Origin: Chiloscyllium plagiosum
Taxonomy: Eukaryota
Length of the DNA stretch: 20,000 bases
Assembly: GCF_004010195.1 (NCBI RefSeq)
Contig: NC_057749.1
Location: 13,185,018-13,205,017 of the forward strand
Reading direction: 5' to 3'
Shown here: piece after piece, positions 19,631 through 20,000 of the stretch
How positions within the stretch are numbered: the first letter of the stretch is position 1
Layout of the letters: each line of letters opens with the position of its first letter
The notes under the pieces: model-generated
The model's database searches: none
Seen by the model: only the letters and a program-made list of their open reading frames with translations
What the model was told of the DNA's origin: nothing
Program-made: the position numbers and the translations under genes

Positions 19631-19856
19631 GTATGTGAATGCACTGGGGCTGTTCTTGGCTGCTTCACGTTAACACCATATTTCCACGGTTTAAAGGGAA
19701 CAGGGTGTTCACCTGTCACAGCCCCGCAGTGTGACTCCTTCAGAGTAACCTCTGATACCTCAGCAGAGTTTACCTTCAGTTCTGAGTCTCCCTGTGCAGG
19801 CGTTTCATTTTAGAATTCACGTACTTGTTTTCAAAAGCTTCTGTGACCCTACCTCG

Positions 19857-20000
19857 TCCAGTCCCTGCACCCCCTCACTATCGCCGTCACTGCCTCCAGT
19901 CCCTGCACCCCCTCACTATCGCCGTCACCGCCTCCAGTCCCTGCACCCCCTCACTATCGCCGTCACCCCTCCAAGCCCTTCCCCCCCTCACTATCGCCGT
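19857..20000. repeat. 38-bp minisatellite, at least 3.8 units, continuing past the window end
   Basis: Unit TCCAGTCCCTGCACCCCCTCACTATCGCCGTCACYGCC starting at 19857, 19895, 19933 and 19970. Confidence 0.95.

Overview
Vertebrate genomic DNA, most likely from a shark (inferred from HE1/V-SINE, Deu-type SINE, CR1/HER1 and Penelope repeat families recognised by eye). The window holds six consecutive + strand coding exons of ULK3, equivalent to human exons 2-7: 4026-4166, 7587-7707, 9178-9282, 10222-10365, 12422-12504 and 19475-19630. All have GT-AG boundaries and compatible phases. They splice into 250 uninterrupted codons covering most of the kinase domain ([18 protein letters not shown]). Exon 1 and the MIT-domain exons lie outside the window. 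The introns are mostly nested retroelements, which account for most entries in the ORF track. The most interesting non-coding signal is a set of Penelope-type minimal hammerhead ribozyme relics. These include a 104-bp hammerhead-like insertion with a perfect 13-bp target-site duplication (8761-8864) and an 85-bp-arm palindrome carrying a hammerhead-like motif on each arm (10982-11164). Every hammerhead copy seen has core mutations. Inverted SINE pairs that could promote editing or back-splicing, and a 38-bp minisatellite, are also present. Repeat names and boundaries are approximate and were not checked against any database.
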